Positions 20,450 to 31,309 of a stretch of 64,000 bases of DNA are shown piece by piece (the first letter of the stretch is position 1; each line of letters begins with the position of its first letter). Source of the stretch: Diplonema japonicum (lineage: Eukaryota > Protista > Euglenozoa: Diplonemea); contig OZ025670.1 of NCBI GenBank assembly GCA_964019335.1, forward strand, positions 124,001 to 188,000, read 5' to 3'. The notes beneath the pieces are model-generated. The model did not search any database, was not told where the DNA came from, and saw only the letters and a list, made by a program, of their open reading frames with translations. A program made the position numbers and the translations under genes.

Positions 20450-22181
20450 CATGTTGAATAAGGCCCTCCATGGACAAAGCAACAGAGATGATTACATATA
20501 AGCAGTCTCCCTCTTCGTGAATGGTTTTGACGAGAACCTGCTATTCGAACCTAATTACATTTTCCGATGATTCACCGTAGAGTCTAGTAGAACAACATAG
20601 TAATGGAGCAACCTTTTTAGGAAACCATGGCAGGGCTTGTTACAGTGCCTTGCGAAATGGGCCGTAAGGTCTGCGAGAGTTATTTTCTGTATCTTTATCT
20701 TTTGAACCAATGACAAGAATGATGACAACGAAGCACCCTCTCCGGTCTCCAGCAAAACCATGCGAGATACAGCGTTGCTTTTATACCCCGTTACCCGTCT
20801 GACTTTCAGTTCCTGGTGCTTTATTGCCTCCCTTCCCAACAACATGATGACAAACCTTCACTTTAACATGCGTGTCTTTAACCTGACCTTTTGTGTTTGA
20901 TGAATACCTTTAACTTTGGCTTGCTCTTTCTGATATGTTGAAAAAACAGAAGGGGAAAGAAGATGGGAAGGAGAAGAAATACGAGCAACCTTTTTAGGAA
21001 ACCATGGCAGGGCTTGATACAGCGCCTTGCGAAATGGGCCGTAAGGTCTGCGAGAGTGTGGCGGTAGTCGTTTGCGAGCCCTACCAGGAACCTCCCTTTG
21101 TACTTTCCCACCTGTTCTTATGAGGTTGTGAAGGAATGGCGGGAGGCGAGATGTGTGATGTGAAATGATCCGTAAGGTGATGGAGATGATGGAGAAGATA
21201 AGGAGCAACCTTTTTAGGAAACCATGGCAGGGCTTTTTACAGTGCCTTGCGAAATGGGCCGTAAGGTCTGCGAGAGTCATTTCCTCTATTAGTACTTCTC
21301 TCTATTTATAGTCTCTGTACCAAGAATGATGACAACGAAGCACCCTCTCCGGTCTCCAGCAAAACCATGCGAGATACAGCGTTGCTTTTATACCCCGTTA
21401 CCCGTCTGACTTTTCTTCATTTGTTGCCTTGGCTTTGGTTCTTCCCATTTATTTCTTAAAAATATGATGACAAACCTTCACTTTAACATGCGTGTCTTTA
21501 ACCTGACCTTTTGTGTTTGATGAATACCTTTAACTTTGGCTTGCTCTTTCTGACATGTTGAATAAGGCTCCGGACAGAGGTGATTACTTGTTGTAAGGAA
21601 AATTAAGAAATGTAGAAAAGAGCCATCAAATACCATTACTTCCTCTTCTCTGTAGTTAGTAAAGGGCCGCTTTGGTCACGAGATCATCATGGATCCCATG
21701 CGCTCTCCTTGCAGGCAAATAGTGGAGCAACCTTTTTAGGAAACCATGGCCGGGCTTTTTACAGTGCCTTGCGAAATGGGCCGTAAGGTCTGCGAGAGTT
21801 AATTCCTGCTTTCTGGTGTTGTTGTGGAAAAAAAACAAATCTGAAACGAGTGATGACAACGAAGCACCCTCTCCGGTCTCCAGCAAAACCATGCGAGATA
21901 CAGCGTTGCTTTTATACCCCGTTACCCGTCTGACTTTCTCAATTTTGTTAGGCCCTTCTATTCGGTTCTTCCTATTTTGTACTTCCAAAAAAGATTTTTG
22001 TTGTATAAAAACACGATGATAAGCCTTCACGTTTACCTGGAAAAAAAGTTTTTGATAAATTTCGGTGTGCGGGTGGGAGCTCACTGTTTGAAAAAAGAAT
22101 GTTGTGTGGAGACGGTGCAGTCACAACCCTCTAACTCTTAACTCTAACCAATCGACAGGCCTGAACAACAACAAAAAAAGA

Positions 22182-23226
22182 ATGTCAGCTCGGACGCGGA
22201 GGGCGTGGCAGAGGGAGTGGAATGTTATGAAAAAGCACAGCACGGAGTTCTGCGGCCCAGGGCACCGAGGGGGGCAGATGTTGGGCATGTGTGTGGAACC
22301 CCGGACACCACTGTCGAAGATGGCACCCAGCACCCAAGGCGACGCGGACAGGAGATACCTCGCACTGTGCAGAGAGCTGAAAAAAGTATCAGAAGAAGCG
22401 TTCGGACGTCTTGCCGCACAACACTCGGTACCACAATGCTTTGCACCGTATGTTGTATGCATAGCGGCCATGCTGACAGGGCTGGAGGACACACCACAAG
22501 GAGCATGGCAGTATGTGGCACCTATGCTACGGCCGTCGGATGTATTGCTGGCGAGCTTGCTGAACCTTGACCCCCTTGCGGTGACTGAAGAAACGCAGCC
22601 TATACTGGACCGTGTTCCATCTGTTGATAGAGAAGCCTTGGAGCTGATCTCCCCTGCTGCACTGGCGATCGCACAATGGTGTGTGGGTGTCGCTGACTAC
22701 CGTGCTTATCTCATGACAACTGGTGGCTCTGCAGTCGTTCCTGGAGTGCCCAAAACGGTTTCCTGCAGTACTATGGAGAGCCCTTCAAAACCAATGTTTA
22801 TGTGTGCGGCAAGCCCAAGGGGGATGACGAGTCATAGGTCGAGCTCCCGGTCTTTGTCCCAGACAAAGCGGAGTAGAAGTGCGCGGAAATCTGTTTTGGT
22901 ACACGCGCCCGTTCCTGTTGCTGAGCCTCAGCCACGGTTGGCTGTGCGGCCGTTGAACTCCCCACCTGTTGTCAAGAATCATTTCAACACACCTTCTGTG
23001 GTGTCGTGGCTGCACAGTCTTGGCCTTTCCCCTTTCGCGGGTATTTTGATACAGAATGAGATAGATATTCAGGTATGTGGGTAGAAAATGAAAAGGGGGG
23101 GGGAAATATTTTCAGGCACTTCCTCTTCTTACTGAGCAAGACCTTGAAGACATGGGCATACCTATTGGGCCTAAAAGGATGATGTTAAACTCTATCAGCG
23201 AGATGTGTGCTGAAGATCCTTTGAGG
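22182..23226 (+). CDS. Protein with dynein microtubule-binding-stalk-like segment and C-terminal SAM domain (intron 23073-23115; 3' end uncertain)
   Basis: Spliced SAM: VVSWLHSLGLSPFAGILIQNEIDIQ-ALPLLTEQDLEDMGIPIGPKRMML. The N-terminal LLNLDP...ISPAALAIAQWCVGVADY resembles the dynein MTBD. Confidence 0.75.
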
Positions 23227-23236
23227 TATCTTGGAT

Positions 23237-23269
<33 letters not shown>

Positions 23270-23769
23270 GTTTTTTTTTTCTCCCTGTAGATTTTGCTTA
23301 ACTATTGTTTATTGTTTCACCATTGTAACAAACCCCCTCTTTTTTTTTTCGTGCGTTTTTTTTTTCTTCTGTTTTTTTTTTTTTTTTTTTTTTTTTTCTT
23401 TTGAGTAGGAATTGACAAGTAGTAATAAAGAAAAAAAAACCGAAATATAATTTAGTATCTTCCCCCCCCCCGTTTTTTCTTTTTTTTAGTACCCACCCAT
23501 ATCTTTTTGTTTACATCCCCTCTTGTACTCCATTCGCTCTCCTTTTTTATTTTTTACCCTCCCTCTTTTTTTTATCTCTCCCTCCCCCTCCGGCCTTGTA
23601 CCCTGTCTGGAATTTGTATAATCTAAAAGGCAATGTGATTCATTCTTCTTTTCTTTTTGTTTCTCTTGGAGGTGGCCGTGACTGTGGAAGGATGATTTAT
23701 ATATTATATGTTCGTTCCCACTCTCCTTTAAATCTTAAGACGGGGAAAAAAAAAAGAGGGAAAAAAAAA

Positions 23770-24420
23770 ATGCCGGGGGGTTGGGTTGCGAGCTTGCGGT
23801 CACCGTCTGCCCTGCCAGCGGGGAGCATGATGAAGAGGGAGCATTTTGAAGTTCTAGGGACGGGGCACAAGGACGACATGCAAAAAAGATTAATCGAAAC
23901 GCTGCAGGAACAGGTGGCGATGTTGGAAAAAGAAAACAAGACACCCCCGAAGAACGAGAGGCGTATCAAGACACCCAGATCTCGAACACCGACAGTTACA
24001 CCAAGAACGAAGTTGCGAGCTAGGCGATCAGAAAGTGCAAAGGTGGTGTCATCACCACTTGAAGGTGTGCTGGTGAAGGAGCATGGGTCAGTCCGTGCTG
24101 CATACGCAAACCTCTCGTCTCTCCACTCCCCCGAACTTAGCCCGAACAAAGCCTTTCTGCTGAACAAGCAACCTACTTCCCGCCGTTGCGGTTACACCTC
24201 CTTCACAGCAGCCGTCGCCACGAACAATCCACCCCCTGTGGTGCCCCCCACTACGCACCACCTTCTCTCCCTCACCACCGAACGGAAGAGAATTGAATCG
24301 CTCATCACCGCCCGAAAGATGGAGCACCTCGCAGCCCTCCGGTCCATCACAGATCAGATACAGCTCTACGAACAGGAAAAGGCCCACCTCCTTGATGAGC
24401 TCACCGGATTGAAAGCTTGA
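23770..24420 (+). CDS. Hypothetical coiled-coil protein
   Basis: ORF from MPGGW with two heptad segments; the upstream extension in the track is homopolymer read-through. Confidence 0.65.
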   Translation: MPGGWVASLRSPSALPAGSMMKREHFEVLGTGHKDDMQKRLIETLQEQVAMLEKENKTPPKNERRIKTPRSRTPTVTPRTKLRARRSESAKVVSSPLEGVLVKEHGSVRAAYANLSSLHSPELSPNKAFLLNKQPTSRRCGYTSFTAAVATNNPPPVVPPTTHHLLSLTTERKRIESLITARKMEHLAALRSITDQIQLYEQEKAHLLDELTGLKA

Positions 24421-24569
24421 GTAACTAACCTGACCACCTTTTACTGTACTATTTAGAATTTCTTGTTTTTTTGTTTTTTTTTTGTGTTTTTTTTTTTTTT
24501 TGTGGCACTGCTGTACTTGTTTGTTGTTCAGTCCTCTTCAGTTTTGACAAAACACTTAACTCAACAACG

Positions 24570-26828
24570 ATGGTGAGTCTTCGCACGACGACAGTAGGCT
24601 TCCCCCGTACGGGGCCGAAGCGTGAGATGAAGATGGCACTCGAGAAGTATTGGGGGAATAAGATCACGAAGGAGGAGCTTCTCGGGGTGAGCGACAAGGT
24701 AGCACTGCAAAGCCTGAAGGACCAAGAGGCAGCGGGGGTGAGCCTGATTGGAGTAGGTGACCACACGCTGTATGACCACGTATTGGACTGGAGCGAGCGC
24801 TTCGGGCTGACGTGCAGCAGGGTGCGGGCTGCAGGGCTGGTGGGGCTGGACGCCTACTTCACGCAGGCGAGGGGGAGGGACGGGGTCCCCGCGCTGGACA
24901 TGACGAAGTACTTCGATTCAAACTACCACTACATGGTGCCCGAGGTGGGGCGGGACACGGTCCCCAGCAGCAATTTCGCTTCCTTTGTGGCCCACGTGAA
25001 GATGCTCCGCAGCAAAGCCGCGAAGCCCGACACAGTGGTACCTATCGTGCTGGGACCCGTGACCCTCGCAAAGCTCTGCAAGTACTCTGATAGGACTGCG
25101 GCTGCTCTGGTCAAAGAGCTCGTTCCCCTGTACAAGGTGCTGCTAGGAGAGCTCAAGACGGCTGGAGTGAAGGAGGTGCAGCTGCATGAGCCGTGGCTGG
25201 TGATGAGCGACGCAGAGACGGAGGAGGTGCGCTCCCTTACAACAGCTGCCTACAAAGATCTCGGGAGTGCAGGCCCTGCTGTGAATCTGTGCGTGCACTT
25301 CGACTCCCTGAGCCCCGCAGTGTACAGCTATGTGGTGAAGCTCCCCGTGAAACGCGTGACGCTCGACTTCTGCAGGAGCAAGGCCATGGTGGAGATCGTG
25401 GAGAAACAGGGCTTTCCCACGACGAAGGAACTTGGGGCAGGGGTGGTCGACGGGCGCAATGTATGGAGGAACGAAGCCGCAGCGGGGGCCCTGCTGCAGA
25501 GGATTCGGAAGGCTGTGCATGACGACAGCAGAGTGGTGGTTGCTCCTTCGTGCTCGTTGCAGTTCGTCCCGTACGACTTGGCTTTTGAGGATGAGATCGG
25601 AAGCATCCCCGCGGAAGTGAAGGGCAAGCTTGCGTTCGCAAAGCAGAAGCTGGAGGTGTTGGTTGGGTTGTCAAAGGCATCATCATCATCATCATCTTCT
25701 TCTTCCTGGATCGGGGAAGACAACCTCACTGGCGTGGAAGGGGCGAAAAAGGTAACTCCCGAGATGTACACACGTAGCCAACCCTTCAAGGAGCGCAGAG
25801 GGAAACAGCTGGCGGAACTGCCCGACTTCCCCACAACTACGATCGGATCGTTCCCGCAGACAGCGGAGATCAGGAAGCTGCGACGCGAGTGGAAGGAGGG
25901 GAAGATAGGGAAGGCAGCGTACGAGGAGCAGATCGACAAGGAGATCGAGAGGGTGGTGGCCATCCAGAAGGACATTGGGCTGGACGTGTTCGTGCACGGA
26001 GAGCCAGAAAGGAGCGACATGGTGGAGTACTTCGCACAGAAGCTGGACGGGATGCTGCTGACAAGGCACGGGTGGGTGCAGTCATACGGGTCTAGGTACG
26101 TGCGCCCCCCTGTTATCTACGGGACGGTAAGCCGGAAGAAGGGGGAAGCGATGACAGTACGGGAGTTTGCAGTGTGCCAGAAAGCAAGCGGGACAGTGCC
26201 CGTCAAGGGCATGCTGACGGGACCTGTGACGATCCTGAACTGGTCGTTCTGCAGGGTGGACATCCCACGTGCGGAGCAGGCAGTTGAGGTAGCGCTCGCA
26301 GTTAGGGAGGAAGTGGCAGACCTGGAGGCGGCTGGGTGCAGGGTGGTACAGGTGGACGAAGCAGCTCTGCGTGAGAGGATGCCACTGAAGAAGGAAGAGA
26401 GCGGGAACTACCTGGAGTGGGCTGTGGCGTGCTTCAGGCTGTCGACATGCGGGGCACGTCCCTCTACACAGGTGGTGACTCACATGTGCTACTCCACCTT
26501 CGAGGACATCATCGGGAAGATCGACGCAATGGACGCTGACGTCCTCACCATCGAGAACTCCAGGAGCGCAGGGGAGATGGTGGCGGCCCTCTCCTCCTAC
26601 GGCTACGCCCGCGACCTCGGCGCAGGGGTCTACGACATCCACTCCCCGGTGGTCCCTACCATGGACGATATGGTGGCCTGTCTTCGAGGCCTCCCCCTAC
26701 CCCCCTCCAGGACCTGGGTGAACCCCGACTGCGGTTTGAAAACACGGAAATGGGACGAAGTCATCCCCTCCCTCAAGAACATGGTCGCCGCTGCCAACAA
26801 GCTCCGCGAGAACCGTGTCAGTGCTTGA
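24570..26828 (+). CDS. metE: Cobalamin-independent methionine synthase
   Basis: GFPR.GPKREMK, KYFDSNYHYMVPE, PTTTIGSFPQT, HGEPERSDMVEYF, zinc ligands THMCY and WVNPDCGLKTR. Confidence 0.97.
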   Translation: MVSLRTTTVGFPRTGPKREMKMALEKYWGNKITKEELLGVSDKVALQSLKDQEAAGVSLIGVGDHTLYDHVLDWSERFGLTCSRVRAAGLVGLDAYFTQARGRDGVPALDMTKYFDSNYHYMVPEVGRDTVPSSNFASFVAHVKMLRSKAAKPDTVVPIVLGPVTLAKLCKYSDRTAAALVKELVPLYKVLLGELKTAGVKEVQLHEPWLVMSDAETEEVRSLTTAAYKDLGSAGPAVNLCVHFDSLSPAVYSYVVKLPVKRVTLDFCRSKAMVEIVEKQGFPTTKELGAGVVDGRNVWRNEAAAGALLQRIRKAVHDDSRVVVAPSCSLQFVPYDLAFEDEIGSIPAEVKGKLAFAKQKLEVLVGLSKASSSSSSSSSWIGEDNLTGVEGAKKVTPEMYTRSQPFKERRGKQLAELPDFPTTTIGSFPQTAEIRKLRREWKEGKIGKAAYEEQIDKEIERVVAIQKDIGLDVFVHGEPERSDMVEYFAQKLDGMLLTRHGWVQSYGSRYVRPPVIYGTVSRKKGEAMTVREFAVCQKASGTVPVKGMLTGPVTILNWSFCRVDIPRAEQAVEVALAVREEVADLEAAGCRVVQVDEAALRERMPLKKEESGNYLEWAVACFRLSTCGARPSTQVVTHMCYSTFEDIIGKIDAMDADVLTIENSRSAGEMVAALSSYGYARDLGAGVYDIHSPVVPTMDDMVACLRGLPLPPSRTWVNPDCGLKTRKWDEVIPSLKNMVAAANKLRENRVSA

Positions 26829-27277
26829 TGGCTACGATTATCTCTTTCATACCTCTCTTTGATGGGAACTTTCTTCATGGTCCCCCCCCTTTTTTTTTAT
26901 CTCTTTTTAATTTTTTTCCTTTCAATTTTCAACGCTTTTCTTTAAATCGACCCCTTCCGTCCTTGTAGCGGGTGCTCTCGTTTTGCTTTCAGGGCCCGCG
27001 ACGCACGTTGTGTGTCATTGGACCGCCTCTCCTGACCAGCGTTGCCCTCTCGTGTCTTTGCATTTGTTTATCAACGACCACGGTGGAGTCGCACGCACGG
27101 CTTGAGTGGTTGCCCGCCCAACGGTCGAGCACCGCGCAGGATGGACTGTTTCCCCTTCTCTCCCCTTTCCCCATTTATCTCCGCGACAGCTGAGCCTTTC
27201 TCCTTCCTGTTTATGCTTTTTAACTTTATTATTCTATTTTGTCATTCAACAAAGATCTGCATAGGGCGTACCCGCAC

Positions 27278-28109
27278 GAGCAACCTTTTTAGGAAACCAT
27301 GGCAGGGCTTTTTACAGTGCCTTGCGAAATGGGCCGTAAGGTCTGCGAGAGTTCTTTTCTCAGTCTTTTGTGCCAGTGGCAAGAATGATGACAACGAAGC
27401 ACCCTCTCCGGTCTCCAGCAAAACCATGCGAGATACAGCGTTGCTTTTATACCCCGTTACCCGTCTGACTTTTCTTCTTTCATTTGTTGCCCTGCATTTG
27501 TTTCTTTCCAATCCCCAAACAACATGATGACAAACCTTCACTTTAACATGCGTGTCTTTAACCTGACCCTTTTGTGTTTGATGAATACCTTTAACTTTGG
27601 CTTGCTCTTTCTGACATGTTGAATAAGGCCCTCCATGGACAAAGCAACAGAGATGATTACATATAAGCAGTCTCCCTCTTCGTGAATGGTTTTGACGAGA
27701 ACCTGCTATTCGAACCTAATTACATTTTCCGATGATTCACCGTAGAGTCTAGTAGAACAACATAGTAGTGGAGCAACCTTTTTAGGAAACCATGGCAGGG
27801 CTTTTTACAGTGCCTTGCGAAATGGGCCGTAAGGTCTGCGAGAGTTATTTTCTGTATCTTTATCTTTTGTGCCAGTGACAAGAATGATGACAACGAAGCA
27901 CCCTCTCCGGTCTCCAGCAAAACCATGCGAGATACAGCGTTGCTTTTATACCCCGTTACCCGTCTGACTTTTCCTCATTTGTTGCCCTGCATTTGTTTCT
28001 TTCCAATCCCCAAACAACATGATGACAAACCTTCACTTTAACATGCGTGTCTTTAACCTGACCCTTTTGTGTTTGATGAATACTTTTAACTTTGGCTTGC
28101 TCTTTCTGA
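27278..28109 (+). ncRNA. snoRNA array 2 (B,CD1,CD2,CD3,B,CD1,CD2)
   Basis: Same modules as array 1, essentially identical in sequence. Confidence 0.9.
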
Positions 28110-28113
28110 CAAC

Positions 28114-29349
28114 ATGACTAGTTGGGCTTTAGGGGTAACACTCAAAAGGCACATGAGAGGATTGAAAGTGCTAGGGTGCGCCGTGGCGGTGTGGTACCTC
28201 GCCACACTCATAGGGAACAGGGTCAAGGCTCAAGGCAACAAGAAGATGACTGCGCGGATGCTGACACTGGAGGACGGGCGGGGTGTGACTGAGGCCTTCG
28301 GGTACGAAATTATGAATGTACGGGAAGACAAAATCATGGACGGGCGGCAAGCGCTTATTGTGCCCGTGAGTGCGAAGCATGCCGTAGAGGGGAAAGTGGA
28401 GGTTGTCATCAAGCGCGTGACGTCGGAGCACATCCTTGCGAAGCCGGAGGGCGCTGTGCGCGAGTCATTTGTCAAGTCGGCTGAACGAGAAATAGACTTC
28501 TACCAGCACCAGCTAAAACCCACTATCGCTGCACTGTGGCCGAAATGCTACCTGAGCTACAAGTCGAAAGCTACAACCCCCGAGTTCCTGATGGTAATCG
28601 AGGATATGTATGAGGCGGGTTTCAACCAAGAGCCAGGGCTCACGGACTCCCGGATGCGCGACGGACTGGAAGCCCTTGCCGTGTTTCACGCTGCCTACTG
28701 GCGTGACGAAACCGCACTGAAGGAAGAGCAAGGAGCCTTCTGGCCGCTGTACAAGCGACACGACAGCGAAAAAGACAAAGTGGCGGTAGCGGCACACTGG
28801 GAAAGAGTGTGCAAAGAATTCCCACAGTTGGACAGCAGCGTGGGGACGAGGGTGCTTGCTGCGTCGGAGTCGCTGGACGCGACTGTGCGGGGGACGTGTG
28901 TGACAAGGATACACGGCGACGCAAAGGGTCCCAACATGTTCTTCAGGGACACGGAGGGGCCGCTAGCATCGCGTGTCAGGTTGATTGACGCACAGTGGAC
29001 AGGAAGGGGCAACCCGTACACAGATGTCGCAAACCTCATCACAGCAGGGCTGCAGGTGCAGCTGCTGCCGGAGTTTGACGAGTACCTCGCGCACTACGAA
29101 GAGAATCTACTGCACCACCTGCCTGCAGTGCACCATGCCGAGTACAAGGACCTCATCAAGCCCACGTGGGACGCCTGCTGGCTGGACTACGCACGCGTCG
29201 TAATGCTCGGCCTGTGGGCCAAGCTCTCAAAGGAAAGACTTGTTGCAAACCGCAACAACGTCGGCTCCTCAATGGTCGGGAGGTCAGAGCCGCACGTGGA
29301 GTTCATCGTCGCCCGTGCTGCAGCAACACTGAAGGACATGGGACACTGA
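28114..29349 (+). CDS. Ecdysteroid kinase-like / choline-aminoglycoside phosphotransferase family protein
   Basis: REIDFY, LAVFHAAYW, Brenner motif IHGDAKGPNMFF, LIDAQWTGRGNP..DV. True start may be the ATG at 28153. Confidence 0.85.
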   Translation: MTSWALGVTLKRHMRGLKVLGCAVAVWYLATLIGNRVKAQGNKKMTARMLTLEDGRGVTEAFGYEIMNVREDKIMDGRQALIVPVSAKHAVEGKVEVVIKRVTSEHILAKPEGAVRESFVKSAEREIDFYQHQLKPTIAALWPKCYLSYKSKATTPEFLMVIEDMYEAGFNQEPGLTDSRMRDGLEALAVFHAAYWRDETALKEEQGAFWPLYKRHDSEKDKVAVAAHWERVCKEFPQLDSSVGTRVLAASESLDATVRGTCVTRIHGDAKGPNMFFRDTEGPLASRVRLIDAQWTGRGNPYTDVANLITAGLQVQLLPEFDEYLAHYEENLLHHLPAVHHAEYKDLIKPTWDACWLDYARVVMLGLWAKLSKERLVANRNNVGSSMVGRSEPHVEFIVARAAATLKDMGH

Positions 29350-29496
29350 GTAGAGAGTAGTTGTTTTCCCACCCTTTTTCGAAGTACAAAATAAATAAAT
29401 AAAGAAACCACATAAAGGGAACAAGAAGACACCCCCTTTAAAAAAATACACCATATGCGCTGCTGCAAATAAAAAAGAAAAATAGGAAAAAAAAAA

Positions 29497-31180
29497 ATGA
29501 ATGTGAAAAAAAGCACGAAGATCCTCATAGGGGTGGCGGTGCTGATGTCACTCGGGCCGCTGCTAGTGGTGGGCCCAGCGATCGGCGGTAAGGGGAATAA
29601 ACCGAATCTAGATAGTGACGATTCAAGAGAAAGCAGCAGCCGTGAACATGAACATGAAGACAGCGATAAGGACACGGTGTGGCAGGTGGTGGAGGATGTG
29701 TCCGAGGTGAAGACAGGCGACATGGTAGGCATACAAGCGGGGAACGGAAAGTGGTTAAGCCGGGCTTATGACACCGAAGGGACTCGTGTAGAGCTCGCTG
29801 AGAAAATATGGCAAGTCAGGATAAAAAACAAGAATTGGAGCTTCAAATCCTGGGCAGGAACGTACCTAGGCCTCAACAGGGAGACCAAAATGGTAGCACA
29901 GGCCAGGACCATATCATCGGAAGTGAAATGGAACCTCGCAACGGATCCTTCAGCCACTTCAAAACCACGTGTGACCATAAAAGGTGTCGGCAGGGACGGT
30001 GCGGGAAAGTACGCCGGCTTGTCCAATAAAGGTAAGGCCGACCTCTCTTGCAAGTACGAAAGTATCTCACACCCAACCACAACCTTCACGTTGTACAAAG
30101 CAGTGCAGTGCAACACCCCTACCTCCTGCTGGGACAATTTTATCGCGAAAAAAGCAAAATTGTACGCAATTCCCGACGTGTCAGACCACTTGGGTACCAC
30201 CCTCCCTCTCTTCGGCTCCCCTAAACCTTTCAACAAGTCGAGCGACTCGTACAACGAAGCTACAGTCATCTTCAAACGAACTTTGGAAGGATGGGGCAGA
30301 TTGGCGGACCCCGTGAAACCGTTGTTTTTCATGGAATCCGCAGACGATATAGGGCAAAGCATGGTCAAGGACAAGGAGCTGCCTATGTTAAATGAGTATG
30401 TAGAGAAGGGGGAAAAAAAAAAACTTTTGTTTAAACTAATCGTAGGTTCGAACACCACAAAGAGTACAAGACCCAGCCCACCTACAGAGGCCTCTTCGCA
30501 AAAGCATTCAAAGGGGTTAATGAGGTTCTAGGTGGAACAACGCCTGAAATGGCAGTGTACTCAAACTCCGATATTCTGTACACATCGAACTTGGTATGTA
30601 ATTTTTTTTTCTTTTTTTTTTTTTTTTTTTATGTACCTCACCTTCAAAGGCAACAAGCTTAGCTGAATCTATGAAATTTGCGAAGAAAAAATACGGTGAA
30701 GCTCCCCGGGTGATGGTGGTGGGGCAGCGCGTCAACGTGGTGATGCCCGAGACTGTAAACTTTGGGACGACAGTTGACGACTTAGACAGAACCTTGAAGA
30801 AGCTGGCGGAAAAGGGGCAAACTTACCAGACGAATGCAGAGGACTACTTCGCGGTCAGCAGGGAGCTGTACAACTGGGAGAAGCTACCAGATTTCATCAT
30901 CGGAGGGGTCGCCTTTGACAACTGGTTCGTGGGGAAGGCCAACCGTGACAAAGGGGACATCATTACAGTAGACGCCACAGACACCGTTCTGGCGGTCCAT
31001 CAAAACCACGGACAAGGAAGAAAAGACTCACATTTACAACCAAAGTCACAATACAACAGAAACCTCGCTGTAAAACACGGATCCTGGTCGAAGGGTCGCG
31101 TTGTCGACACACAGTACGCCACGATGTCGGTCCCATGGGGGGAAACTGTGGTGGTGGAAAGGCGGAGATTATTATTTTAA
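29497..31180 (+). CDS. Type II membrane glycosyltransferase-like protein with fascin/beta-trefoil-like domain (introns 30396-30445, 30594-30649)
   Basis: N-terminal TM; IQAGNGKWLS and FKSWAGTYLG trefoil-like repeats. Splicing restores YSNSDILY (DxD-like), FDNWFV and VDATDTVLAVHQNH in one frame. Confidence 0.75.
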
Positions 31181-31268
31181 AAAATAAGAAAAAAAAATAT
31201 TTTTTTTTTTTTTTTTTTTTGTGTTCCCCCCATATAATCCATGAAAGAAGGGAGAATATATATATATA

Positions 31269-31306
<38 letters not shown>

Positions 31307-31309
<3 letters not shown>

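Larger units (their letters stand above)
19056..22040 (+). ncRNA. snoRNA array 1 (about 22 box C/D and AGA-box modules, degenerate fragments at both ends)
   Basis: Order: CD1frag,E,A,CD3,D,C,B,CD1frag,A,C,B,CD1,CD2,CD3,B,CD1,CD2,B,A,B,CD1,CD2,D,B,CD1,CD2frag. Modules have RTGATGA...CTGA boxes or hairpin+AGA+3 nt. Confidence 0.9.

Noticed and set aside
19056-22040. CRISPR-like array (constant repeats with variable spacers)
   Set aside because: Seven different 65-90 nt repeats with snoRNA boxes, recurrent spacers, no cas genes and a eukaryotic context.
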